Shown: positions 18,940 through 27,414 of the stretch, one piece after another
Position numbering within the stretch: the stretch's first letter is position 1
Layout of the letters: the number at the start of each line of letters is the position of its first letter
DNA from: Bdellovibrionales bacterium
GTDB taxonomy: Bacteria > Bdellovibrionota > Bdellovibrionia > Bdellovibrionales > UBA1609
Direction of reading: 5' to 3'
Length of the DNA: 64,000 nucleotides
Assembly: GCA_007121385.1 (NCBI GenBank)
Contig: SKLV01000081.1
Coordinates: 11,539-75,538, forward strand
Position numbers and translations under genes: made by a program
The notes under the pieces: generated by a model
Databases searched by the model: none
What the model was told of the DNA's origin: nothing
The model's input: only the letters and a program-made list of their open reading frames with translations

Positions 18940-19994
18940 GCAAGAGGTTTATTTTGCTACAGATTTTTGTCATCTTAATGGCTTGTCTTTTAGGCTTTCA
19001 GTCGGAGGCGGCCCGACTCAAGGACATTGCCAATATTCGGGGGGTGCGCAGCAATCAGCTGGTGGGATATGGAATTGTGGTGGGGCTGAATGGGACCGGG
19101 GATAGCAACTTGGACTTCACCAATCAGAGCGTGGCAAGAATGTTGGACCGACTGGGGGTTAAAACTCAAGACGAGGAGGGTCCCGGGGCCACTCAAAATG
19201 TTGCGGCGGTCATTATCACAGCAGATCTTCCTCCTTTTGCTCGGGCTGGTAACAAAATGGATATTACAATCAGTGCTCTAGGGGATGCCTCAAGCTTGCG
19301 TGGGGGAACTCTGGTGCAAAGTCCTCTGCGAGCGGCCGATCAGCAAATTTATGCTGTAGCTCAAGGCCAGGTGCTTGTGGGGCACTCCAGTGCTGGCGTT
19401 CACGAGACCGTGGCACGAATTCCCAATGGGGCTATGATTGAGCGAGATGTGGGTGCAGAATTTGCCAATCGCCGGATGTTTCGAATGACCCTTCACAACC
19501 CAGATTTTACCACTGTGGCGCGAGTGGCGGCCACTATTAATAGGGAATTGGCCGGAAAATACGCCTCGGCCCTGGATGCGGCCACCATCGACTTGGTTGT
19601 GCCACCTGCCTACGAGGGAAGGGGAGTGGAGTTACTGGCCCTGATTGAGTCTCTCAGAGTCAATCCGGACACCGCGGCTCGGGTGGTGGTCAATGAGAAG
19701 ACGGGAACTGTGGTGATTGGTCACGGAGTTAAAATTTCGAAAGTGGCTATCAGTCATGGAGATCTCACTCTGAGGGTGGGAGAGCCTTCTTTAGAAAATC
19801 GGGGTCCGGCAGCGCAAAGAGGAGGTCTTGGTGGCTCAGGGGGGGATCAAGTGATGCTCCTCGAGGAAGCTGCCAATGTGGGAGATATTGTTAAAGCTAT
19901 GAATGCGATGGGAGTGAGCCCCAAGGATTTGATCACGGTGCTTCAGAGTATTAAGGCGGCTGGAGCTCTACAGGGGGAGTTGGAAATTTTATAA
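18936..19994 (+). CDS. flgI: Flagellar P-ring protein FlgI
   Basis: RLKDIANIRGVRSNQLVGYGIVVGLNGTGD and a conserved C-terminus. GTG start overlaps the flgH stop. Confidence 0.95.
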   Translation: MSKRFILLQIFVILMACLLGFQSEAARLKDIANIRGVRSNQLVGYGIVVGLNGTGDSNLDFTNQSVARMLDRLGVKTQDEEGPGATQNVAAVIITADLPPFARAGNKMDITISALGDASSLRGGTLVQSPLRAADQQIYAVAQGQVLVGHSSAGVHETVARIPNGAMIERDVGAEFANRRMFRMTLHNPDFTTVARVAATINRELAGKYASALDAATIDLVVPPAYEGRGVELLALIESLRVNPDTAARVVVNEKTGTVVIGHGVKISKVAISHGDLTLRVGEPSLENRGPAAQRGGLGGSGGDQVMLLEEAANVGDIVKAMNAMGVSPKDLITVLQSIKAAGALQGELEIL

Positions 19995-20228
19995 TTATTG
20001 GACTTAAAGTTTTAGGTCGCTCAACACATGGATGTGAGGGTGGCCTTGGGGGGTCGGTGAGTTAGAGGTAATGAACCAGGAAGGTCAAGAGTCAACCGTT
20101 TCGCGCAGGAAACAGGGCAATATTTAGGACCGGCCAAGGATTGGCCAAGTTCCGAGTTTGCTGACGAGTGCAGGATGCACGCAGAAGATCTGACTCATCA
20201 CCCCCTTTTTTTTTATTTGGAGGCCCTT

Positions 20229-20528
20229 TTGACAGATCTAAAAATAATGGGAGTGGCCCCACCCGCTCAACAACCATCGGCCCAGGATCGACAGCTGCGA
20301 GAAGCCGCTCAGATGTATGAGCAGCACTTTCTGATGGAAATGATCAAGGCGATGAGGTCGACTGTGGACCACTCTGGACTGGTTCCCCAAAGTGCGGCCG
20401 AGTCTCTATTCCAGCAGAAGCTGGATCAGGAGTATGCGGAGGAGTGGGCTCAGTCTGGGGGAATAGGTTTGGCCGACATGATTTACCAGCAAATCAAGGA
20501 AAAAATTGACTCCAGCGGTGGTTTGTAG
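20229..20528 (+). CDS. flgJ: Rod-binding protein (FlgJ N-terminal domain only, no peptidoglycan hydrolase domain)
   Basis: AAQMYEQHFLMEMIKAMRST matches the FlgJ rod-binding motif. I prefer TTG 20229 because it has a GGAGG SD 5 nt upstream; the ORF-track start is 20175. Confidence 0.7.
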   Translation: MTDLKIMGVAPPAQQPSAQDRQLREAAQMYEQHFLMEMIKAMRSTVDHSGLVPQSAAESLFQQKLDQEYAEEWAQSGGIGLADMIYQQIKEKIDSSGGL

Positions 20529-20635
20529 ATCCTCATTACAGATCTGGACAAAGGGTGAGCTACTGATCTAGACCTCAGAAAATTGGGAGAGGGCCTCTCA
20601 TTGTGATACAATAAGACAAAGGGCATGGAGGTTTT

Positions 20636-20953
20636 ATGAAAGTCTCAGGAGATAAGCTCAACAGTCAGATGCAAGGGCTCACCGCCACTCAAGGATCTCG
20701 TACTGGAGCCACCTCAGCGAAAGCGAAAGGCCTCTCCGCTGAGGCTGGGTCGAGATCTGAGAAGGTTAACTTGAGCGAGCGAGCACAGACCATGCAGCGA
20801 GCTAAGGAGTTGGCCTCCCAACAGATGGAGCAAGTCGATATGGAGAAAGTGGCCCGACTGCAAAAGCTCATTGATGAGGGCAACTACAAGACTGATGCCG
20901 CAACCATTGCCGACCGTCTTGTGAATGAGCACCTGATGGCTTCGGAGTCGTGA
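20636..20953 (+). CDS. flgM: Anti-sigma-28 factor FlgM
   Basis: 105 aa; the C-terminus VDMEKVARLQKLIDEGNYKTDAATIADRLV is typical of FlgM. Confidence 0.85.
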   Translation: MKVSGDKLNSQMQGLTATQGSRTGATSAKAKGLSAEAGSRSEKVNLSERAQTMQRAKELASQQMEQVDMEKVARLQKLIDEGNYKTDAATIADRLVNEHLMASES

Positions 20954-20954
20954 G

Positions 20955-21452
20955 ATGATGAACCTGTTGTTTGAAATTTTGGATGAGCAAATAAAAGTTT
21001 ATCGACTTTTACTGGAAGTGGTTCGGCGAGAGAAGGAAATTCTGGTTTCCGCTCGTTTGGATGAGCTCAATGAAAACAATCGCAGCAAAGAGTCCTTGCT
21101 GATGAAGGCCAAAGATTTGGAAATGCGGCGGCTTCATGAAGCCACGAAAGTGGCCCAGAGCTTGGGCTTCCCCCAAGACAAGGAGCCTCGTCTCCTGGAG
21201 ATGGCTCACCTCGTTGATCCTGCGACAGCGGAGAGACTTCGCAGCATTCACTCTGTTTTAGACTTACTGCTCAAGCGAGTACAGAGCTACAACAGTCAGA
21301 ATGAGAACTTGGTGCAGTCCGCTTTAGAGAACATTACCGGAGCGATGAAGGCTCTTCGTGACACTTTAAAAGAAGGTCCTACTTATCAGCGGCGAGGAGA
21401 GAAAGATTCTCAGATGGGGGCCTCGGGCCAGTTGGTGAGTCGGGAAGCTTAG
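20955..21452 (+). CDS. flgN: FlgN-family flagellar export chaperone
   Basis: 165-aa helical protein, LLEVVRREKEILVSARLDELNE. Lies between flgM and flgK. Confidence 0.7.
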   Translation: MMNLLFEILDEQIKVYRLLLEVVRREKEILVSARLDELNENNRSKESLLMKAKDLEMRRLHEATKVAQSLGFPQDKEPRLLEMAHLVDPATAERLRSIHSVLDLLLKRVQSYNSQNENLVQSALENITGAMKALRDTLKEGPTYQRRGEKDSQMGASGQLVSREA

Positions 21453-21501
21453 TTTGGACTTCGCCTTCTTTCAGGACGAGAGAAGGGAAAGGTAGGACAG
21501 G

Positions 21502-22929
21502 ATGTCTCGCATATGGGGCATGATGGATGTGGGCCGGCGGGCTATGATGAATAGCCAAGCTGGCTTACAGACAGTAAGTCACAACATTGCCAACAAATCC
21601 ACTGAGGGCTACTCTCGACAGAGAGTGGAGCAGCAAACCAATGAGCCCGTGGGCTCGGGCCGGACCCGAATGGGAACGGGGTCTAGAATCAGCCAAGTGA
21701 CCCGCACTAATAATAGTTATCTGGAAAAGCAGATTGAGCGTGAGGGAGCCAATCTAGGCCTGGCCGAAGGCCGCGCAGAAAGCTTGGCTCGAGTGGAGCA
21801 GGTTTTTAATGAGCAAATCAACAAGGGGCTCAATCAGTATATTGTTGAGTTTTTTAACTCATTCAGAGAACTGGCTAGTAGCCCGGAAAATTTGGCCACT
21901 CGAACTTTGGTGAAAGAGACGGCAGAGCATCTCACTCGAGACTTTCAGAGAGTTCACCAGCAGTTGAGTGAAATACAGAATGAGTCAGACTATCAAATCA
22001 CGGTTCATGTGGCTGAAGTTAACGAATTGACCAAGGAGATTGCTCAGCTCAATGAGAAAATTCAGGTGGTTGAGATCAATGGAGCTCCTGCCAATGATGA
22101 GCGAGATCGTCGAGACCTTTTACTTAAACAGTTGGGGGAAAAGGTCAATATCCGCTATGCAGAGGGAGATAATGGGGCGGTGACGGTGACTGCGGGAAGC
22201 AATGCCATCCTGGTGTCTGGCTATAGTCACCGAGAGCTTTTTGTGGCTCCCACCCAGGGTAAGCCGGGCAAGCGCGAAGGCAATATGGAGATCTTCTATA
22301 AGCCCACCGAGCGGGCTCAGCCTGTGAATGTGACTCAGCAGCTGAATGGAGGAAAAGTGGGGGGGCTGCTCCAAGTCCGAGATCAAGTCATTAACCGCAT
22401 TGTAGGGGATTTGGACCAGTTGGCCTACTCCCTGGCCACGGAGGTGAATCGGACTCATAGTGAAGGCTTTAATCAGTACAATGAGCAGGGGCAGTTATTT
22501 TTTGAGGCGCCCCTTCAAGTTCAAGGAGCCGCTCAGAGCTTGAGTCTTCATCAACAAGTACAAAAGGATGTGGGACGGATTGCTGCTGGTCAGGCGCCAG
22601 ACTCGCCAGGGGACAATCGGGTGGCCAATGCCATCTCGTCTCTTCAGTACAACAAGCTTATGGGTGATGGAGCCAGTACCCTCGATGGCTTTTATGCCTC
22701 CATGGTCGGACAAATCGGGATTGAGGCTCGTCGGGCCAATTCTGCAGTGAGTTCACAGCAAGATATTCTGGGGCAGTTGCAGAACATCCGCGAGAGCATC
22801 AGTGGAGTCAGTCTCGATGAAGAGACTACAAAAATGATAGAATATCAGAAAAGCTTTGATGCTTCAGCCCGCTTGATTCGGGCCGCAGATGAGATGATGG
22901 ATACGGTTTTGAATTTAAAGCGCTATTGA
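21502..22929 (+). CDS. flgK: Flagellar hook-associated protein 1 FlgK
   Basis: The N-terminus GLQTVSHNIANKSTEGYSRQ and the C-terminus EETTKMIEYQKSFDASARLIRAADEMMDTVLNL. Confidence 0.92.
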   Translation: MSRIWGMMDVGRRAMMNSQAGLQTVSHNIANKSTEGYSRQRVEQQTNEPVGSGRTRMGTGSRISQVTRTNNSYLEKQIEREGANLGLAEGRAESLARVEQVFNEQINKGLNQYIVEFFNSFRELASSPENLATRTLVKETAEHLTRDFQRVHQQLSEIQNESDYQITVHVAEVNELTKEIAQLNEKIQVVEINGAPANDERDRRDLLLKQLGEKVNIRYAEGDNGAVTVTAGSNAILVSGYSHRELFVAPTQGKPGKREGNMEIFYKPTERAQPVNVTQQLNGGKVGGLLQVRDQVINRIVGDLDQLAYSLATEVNRTHSEGFNQYNEQGQLFFEAPLQVQGAAQSLSLHQQVQKDVGRIAAGQAPDSPGDNRVANAISSLQYNKLMGDGASTLDGFYASMVGQIGIEARRANSAVSSQQDILGQLQNIRESISGVSLDEETTKMIEYQKSFDASARLIRAADEMMDTVLNLKRY

Positions 22930-22951
22930 TGGACAAGGGGAGTGAGAGAAG

Positions 22952-23974
22952 ATGAGAGTGGCTGATAAAATGCTTTTTAACCAGGTCAGTTCCAACCTGG
23001 CTAAGAACCGTCAGCAAATGTCGGAGCTGCAAAATCAGGCGGCCTCGCAAAAGCGCTTAACAAAGCCTTCAGATGATCCGGTAGCAGCCAGTCGTGTATT
23101 GGCTTCCCGCGTGGATCTGGCAGGCAATCAACAGTATCTCAAAAGCTTAGAATATGCCCGCAGCTTTTTGGAGTTTACGGATCAGTCACTGAGTGAGGTC
23201 AGCGAAAACCTGATGCGAGCTAAGGAACTGGCCCTTTCTCAGGCCAATGATGCCAGTGCCAATGAGGTCTCTCGCCGGGTCACGGCCGCTGAAGTGGAGC
23301 AGATTTACGACCAGATTGTCCAAATTGGAAATCGCAAGTTAGGAGATCGCTTTATTTTTGGAGGCTTTAAGACCACGACGCCTCCCTTTGCTCTCTCCGG
23401 TGAGTATCGTGGGGACGGCGGACAGATGAGAATTCCCACTGACAAGGGCGCCTTTGTGGTTATGAATTTGCCCGGGGAAAGAGTCTTTTTGGGGCGGACT
23501 CAAGAGGAGGCCCCCTTCGAAAGAGGAGGAGCTCCTAGGCCTCTTGAGGAGGAGGCTTTGAACCTGCGCGGGCCTGCGAGTTTGGGGGGGGCAGCTCATG
23601 AGGTGGAAGAGTTGGAGACTCTCAGGGCGAAGGATCAGGGGGTCAGCCTCTTCCGAGCGGTTCGCCAGTTGGAAGTGGGCTTGAGAACCAATGACAAGGA
23701 GACCATCCAAGACAGTTTGGTCCTGTTGGACGAGGCCCTCTCGCAAGTGGTGATGGCTCGGGCAGAGGCGGGGTCTCGGGTCTCATCCCTGGATAATGTT
23801 TTTCACTCTTTGCACCAGGCTCGGGTGGATAATCAAATTGCCATTTCCCAGATGGAGGATGCGGACATCTTTTCTGTGGTGTCAGATATGAATAAGACGG
23901 AGAGCACCCTACAGGCGACCTTGGCCACTTCGGGAAAGTTGATACAACCCTCCCTTCTTGACTTTTTGCGCTAA
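22952..23974 (+). CDS. flgL: Flagellar hook-associated protein 3 FlgL
   Basis: MRVADKMLF...KRLTKPSDDPVAA at the N-terminus and a flagellin-like C-terminus. Confidence 0.88.
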   Translation: MRVADKMLFNQVSSNLAKNRQQMSELQNQAASQKRLTKPSDDPVAASRVLASRVDLAGNQQYLKSLEYARSFLEFTDQSLSEVSENLMRAKELALSQANDASANEVSRRVTAAEVEQIYDQIVQIGNRKLGDRFIFGGFKTTTPPFALSGEYRGDGGQMRIPTDKGAFVVMNLPGERVFLGRTQEEAPFERGGAPRPLEEEALNLRGPASLGGAAHEVEELETLRAKDQGVSLFRAVRQLEVGLRTNDKETIQDSLVLLDEALSQVVMARAEAGSRVSSLDNVFHSLHQARVDNQIAISQMEDADIFSVVSDMNKTESTLQATLATSGKLIQPSLLDFLR

Positions 23975-23999
23975 AAAAAAATATTTTTTTATTTTCCCT

Positions 24000-24018
24000 C
24001 GGCCCTGGTCCAGGGCCG
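24000..24018 (+). terminator. GC-rich hairpin after flgL (possible terminator, atypical)
   Basis: CGGCCCTGG-T-CCAGGGCCG perfect inverted repeat, preceded by an A9/T7 tract. There is no T-run directly after it. Confidence 0.3.
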
Positions 24019-24086
24019 CAAGTATATTCTATAAATCATTAGGGATTTTCCACCACTCCTTGACATTCTGTGAGCTAAAGAATAGC

Positions 24087-24114
24087 TAAGGTTCCTGCTC
24101 AATTGTGCCGTTAA
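24087..24114 (+). promoter_or_regulatory. Possible sigma-28 promoter upstream of csrA-fliW
   Basis: TAAGGTTC-N12-GCCGTTAA, one mismatch in each half relative to TAAAGTTT/GCCGATAA and a 12-nt spacer. Confidence 0.4.
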
Positions 24115-24189
24115 GCAGAATGTAGGGGCCACTGGGAAGACTCAAAGGCCCGAGAAAACTTTGACCAGGATGTTGAAGGAGAAGAGCCC

Positions 24190-24417
24190 ATGTTAGTGCT
24201 CACCCGCAAGCTCGGCGAAAGTATAGCCATAGACGATCATATTCGGATCCGTGTGGTTCAGATAAAGGGAAAGCAAGTTCGTCTGGGAATTGAAGCCCCT
24301 AAGGACACCAAAATTCATCGAGAAGAAGTGTATTTGGCTATCCAGGACCAGAACCAAGAATCGGCCAACACATCCTCTGACAGCACCAGAGCAGTGGCCA
24401 AACTGCTGAAAACCTAG
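24190..24417 (+). CDS. csrA: Carbon storage regulator CsrA
   Basis: MLVLTRKLGESIAIDDHIRIRVVQIKGKQVRLGIEAPKDTKIHREEVY is canonical CsrA. Confidence 0.97.
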   Translation: MLVLTRKLGESIAIDDHIRIRVVQIKGKQVRLGIEAPKDTKIHREEVYLAIQDQNQESANTSSDSTRAVAKLLKT

Positions 24418-24538
24418 GCTGAACTCTCATTTTTTAAGTTGAACCATTAGCGCAGAGCATAAATATTTCCCCGACTTTAGCCTTTTTTTGTCTTGTCGTG
24501 TCTTAAGATTGTGGGCATCCTATTTCAAGGGAGGGGTC

Positions 24539-25069
24539 ATGGAGGTTCAAACCACGCGCTTTGGACAAGTTCAAATCACTGAGGAAGATGTTATCCATTT
24601 TCCTGAGGGCTTGTTAGGCTTTAATCAGCTGCGCCGTTTTGTTCTTCTCGATGACCCAACGGATGAAATTTTTGCATGGCTACAGAGTTGTGAAGATCCA
24701 TCCATTGCTTTTCCAGTTTTGGAGCCAGAGCTCTTCACCTCGGAGTATCAGGTCAACCTCACCCGGCATGATTTGCAGAGTCTTAAGTTGGAATCCAGTC
24801 AAGGCAGTCGAAACTTTTGTATTATCACCATTCCCGATGACCCCACTCAGATGACGGCAAACTTAAAGGCGCCGGTGGTGATCAATGTGGCTCAGCGACT
24901 GGCGGCTCAAGTGGTCCTTCAGGACAATCATCTGGCCATTCGTGAGCCCATTTTTGCTCGCCTCCAGCAGCGAGTGGTACAAAATCCTCAGCTCTCTATA
25001 AAGAGTCAGGCTTTAGACTGGGGAGTGGCCGTGCGAGTTCGAGACCCTGAAGCCAGCTCCAGTCTATAA
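24539..25069 (+). CDS. fliW: Flagellar assembly factor FliW (CsrA antagonist)
   Basis: TRFGQVQITEEDVIHFPEGLLGF...FAWLQS is typical of FliW. ATG 24539 has an AGGGAGGGG SD; the ORF-track start is 24488. Confidence 0.88.
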   Translation: MEVQTTRFGQVQITEEDVIHFPEGLLGFNQLRRFVLLDDPTDEIFAWLQSCEDPSIAFPVLEPELFTSEYQVNLTRHDLQSLKLESSQGSRNFCIITIPDDPTQMTANLKAPVVINVAQRLAAQVVLQDNHLAIREPIFARLQQRVVQNPQLSIKSQALDWGVAVRVRDPEASSSL

Positions 25070-25229
25070 ATCCTTCCGGCCAAAATTCCCACCCATCAGG
25101 AGTCCAGATTCAAAGCCTTTGTTTAAGGCTTTTTCGATTTCTTCCGAAGTGATGGATGAAGCTGAATACAACTGCCAAGGATGGCATAGAAAAAATCCAG
25201 TAGGGAAGTTGGTCCCAGGGAGGGAATCT

Positions 25230-25709
25230 ATGCAATCCAATTCTTTAGTGACCACCGTCATTTTCTTAAGTGGACTGAGCCTCTTCTCTTTTCTCTCTCC
25301 ACTTTGGGCTCAGTCAGTAAACCAGGCCGTGACCATTTTTGATGCTCGCAAGTCGCTGGCCCTTTCTGATGACGAGGTGGTGTATCGGGACTTTTACATC
25401 AATGCGGGCCGGGAGCAGGGTTTGCAAGAGGGTATGGTGCTCATGGTGACCCGGCAAATCAGTTTATATGATAGCTTTCAAAATCGCTCTCCTGGCGAGC
25501 TCAGGGTAGAAGTGGGAGAGGTAGAAATTATTCATGTGCAAAATGGCCTCAGTGTAGCCCGAGAGCATCGGATTTATGGCCGGGAAAGCCGGCCTCTGCT
25601 AGAGAATAATTACATTATGTTGGGGGATCGTCTTGATCTGGGTTCTGCTCAGATGAAGTCAGCCCATGCCTCTGAGCAAAGGGATCTGGACGCTTTGCCA
25701 GTCAACTGA
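25230..25709 (+). CDS. Secreted hypothetical protein
   Basis: Signal peptide MQSNSLVTTVIFLSGLSLFSFLSPLWAQS after a GGGAGGG SD. No recognised motif. Confidence 0.55.
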   Translation: MQSNSLVTTVIFLSGLSLFSFLSPLWAQSVNQAVTIFDARKSLALSDDEVVYRDFYINAGREQGLQEGMVLMVTRQISLYDSFQNRSPGELRVEVGEVEIIHVQNGLSVAREHRIYGRESRPLLENNYIMLGDRLDLGSAQMKSAHASEQRDLDALPVN

Positions 25710-25725
25710 TAGACCCTTAAGGGTT

Positions 25726-26613
25726 ATGAGTTCATCGTCTTATATTGTCCTTCAGGTGCATCAGCTTCCGGCTGACAGAGAAGAGCTTTTTGTCCATCAC
25801 TGTTTCGAGCTGGGGGCTCAGGGAGTGAGTGAGGCTTTAGAATTTCAGCAGAATTCAGCTGATTTTGAGCCGGTCACCATAGAAAAAGAGTTTAAAGAGC
25901 TAGAAGTCTATTTCGCCACTTCCGGCCAGACCACCACTCTCCTGGAAAAACTTAAGAGTCTCTTTCCAGAACTGGCTATGGAGCTTCGGGAAGAGAAAAA
26001 TCGTGATTGGCTGGAGGAGTGGAAAAAGGGATTTGTCCCCTTTCCCTTAGTTAAGGATATTTGGTTGGTGCCCAGTTGGTGCTCAGTCCCGGAGGCGGCT
26101 CATCATCAAATCCGAATTGATCCCGGGATGGCTTTTGGCACAGGGACTCATGAGACCACTCAGCTGGCGGCTGGGGCCATTGAGGCCCTTTTTCATAGGA
26201 GCCCTAAACCTCAAAGGGTCTTGGATGTGGGAACCGGAACGGGAATTTTGGCACTCCTGGCAGAGCTTCTGGGAGCAGAGGCCGTGGTGGCCACTGAGAT
26301 CGACCCAGAAGCTCGACGAGTGGCTCGGGAGAACTGTCAGATCAATAGTTCTCAACAGGTTCAGGTCGTGGATGAACAGATCGAGGGTTTGCCGAGCCTC
26401 AGCTTTGACCTAGTGGTGGCCAACATTATTGATGGGGTTTTGCTGCGTCTGCAAAAAGACCTATGGCGAGTGCTTCAGCCAAAGGGGCATCTCCTTATCA
26501 CGGGTATTCTCCTTGAGAGGGAAAAGGAATTTTGCCATAACTTTGGGCTTCCCGAGGGGCGTTCATGGCAGGGCCGTCTGCAAAAAGGGGAGTGGGTGGG
26601 CTATCTACTCTAG
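25726..26613 (+). CDS. prmA: Ribosomal protein L11 methyltransferase
   Basis: IDPGMAFGTGTHETTQLA and VLDVGTGTGILAL. Confidence 0.9.
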   Translation: MSSSSYIVLQVHQLPADREELFVHHCFELGAQGVSEALEFQQNSADFEPVTIEKEFKELEVYFATSGQTTTLLEKLKSLFPELAMELREEKNRDWLEEWKKGFVPFPLVKDIWLVPSWCSVPEAAHHQIRIDPGMAFGTGTHETTQLAAGAIEALFHRSPKPQRVLDVGTGTGILALLAELLGAEAVVATEIDPEARRVARENCQINSSQQVQVVDEQIEGLPSLSFDLVVANIIDGVLLRLQKDLWRVLQPKGHLLITGILLEREKEFCHNFGLPEGRSWQGRLQKGEWVGYLL

Positions 26614-26625
26614 AGGAGTTGGGGT

Positions 26626-27405
26626 ATGGGTACAAGACGCTATTGGGTGGAGCCCTCAGCCATTTCTGAAAAAGGAGTGCAGCTGGAAGGCGATGTCCTG
26701 CACCACATTCGGGACGTCTGTCGCCAGACAGTCGGCTCTCGTTTTGAAATTCTCTCTGGTCAGCCAAAAGCTCTGTTGGTGGAGATCGAGTCTATGCAAA
26801 AAAATAGGGCCTGGGCCCGAATTCTGGGGGAGAGGCCCTTGCCAGAGCTTAAAAGGCCTTATTTGCACCTGGCTCTCTCCCTCCCTCGTCCGGCCAAGAT
26901 GGACCTTATTGTGGAGAAAGCTGTGGAGTTGGGAGTAAAAACCATCCACCCCTTTGTCTCAGATTTCAGTTTTTTCAGGCAGAGTCAGGACATTCAGGCC
27001 AATAAGATTCAGCGCTGGCAAAAGATTATCAGGGCGGCCAGTCAACAGAGTGGCCGAGGAGACTTAATGAGCTTGTCCTCTCCTCAGGCCCTTCGGCCTC
27101 TGCTTGAGGACTTTAACCGGAAACCCGGGCGACTGGGTCTACTGGCCTATGAGGGCCAGGCGGAGACGAGCTTTCGCAAGGTCCTTTATGGCGCTGGAGC
27201 AGGGAGCCAGGGGGGAGGCCAAGGGCCCTCCTCCTGGGAGGAGATTTGGCTCTTTGTGGGCAGTGAAGGGGGTTTTTCCGAAGCCGAAGTGGCCCTTTTT
27301 CGCCAGAACCAGTTGCTTCCTTTAAGCTTTGGTGAGCAGATTCTGCGTGTGGAAACGGCTTGCGTGGCCCTACTGAGCGTCATAAAGTATGAATTTGAGG
27401 TTTAG
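26626..27405 (+). CDS. rsmE: 16S rRNA (uracil1498-N3)-methyltransferase
   Basis: RRYWVE at the N-terminus, LALSLPRPAKMDLIVEKAVELGV and GSEGGFSEAEV. Confidence 0.88.
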   Translation: MGTRRYWVEPSAISEKGVQLEGDVLHHIRDVCRQTVGSRFEILSGQPKALLVEIESMQKNRAWARILGERPLPELKRPYLHLALSLPRPAKMDLIVEKAVELGVKTIHPFVSDFSFFRQSQDIQANKIQRWQKIIRAASQQSGRGDLMSLSSPQALRPLLEDFNRKPGRLGLLAYEGQAETSFRKVLYGAGAGSQGGGQGPSSWEEIWLFVGSEGGFSEAEVALFRQNQLLPLSFGEQILRVETACVALLSVIKYEFEV

Positions 27406-27414
27406 GAGGGTCAT

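Noticed and set aside
20000-20040. GGACTTAAAGTTT as a functional sigma-28 promoter in the flgI-flgJ spacer
   Set aside because: The -35 half is perfect, but nothing resembling GCCGATAA lies 11-12 nt downstream (ACACATGG). I kept it only as a noted motif within the spacer finding.
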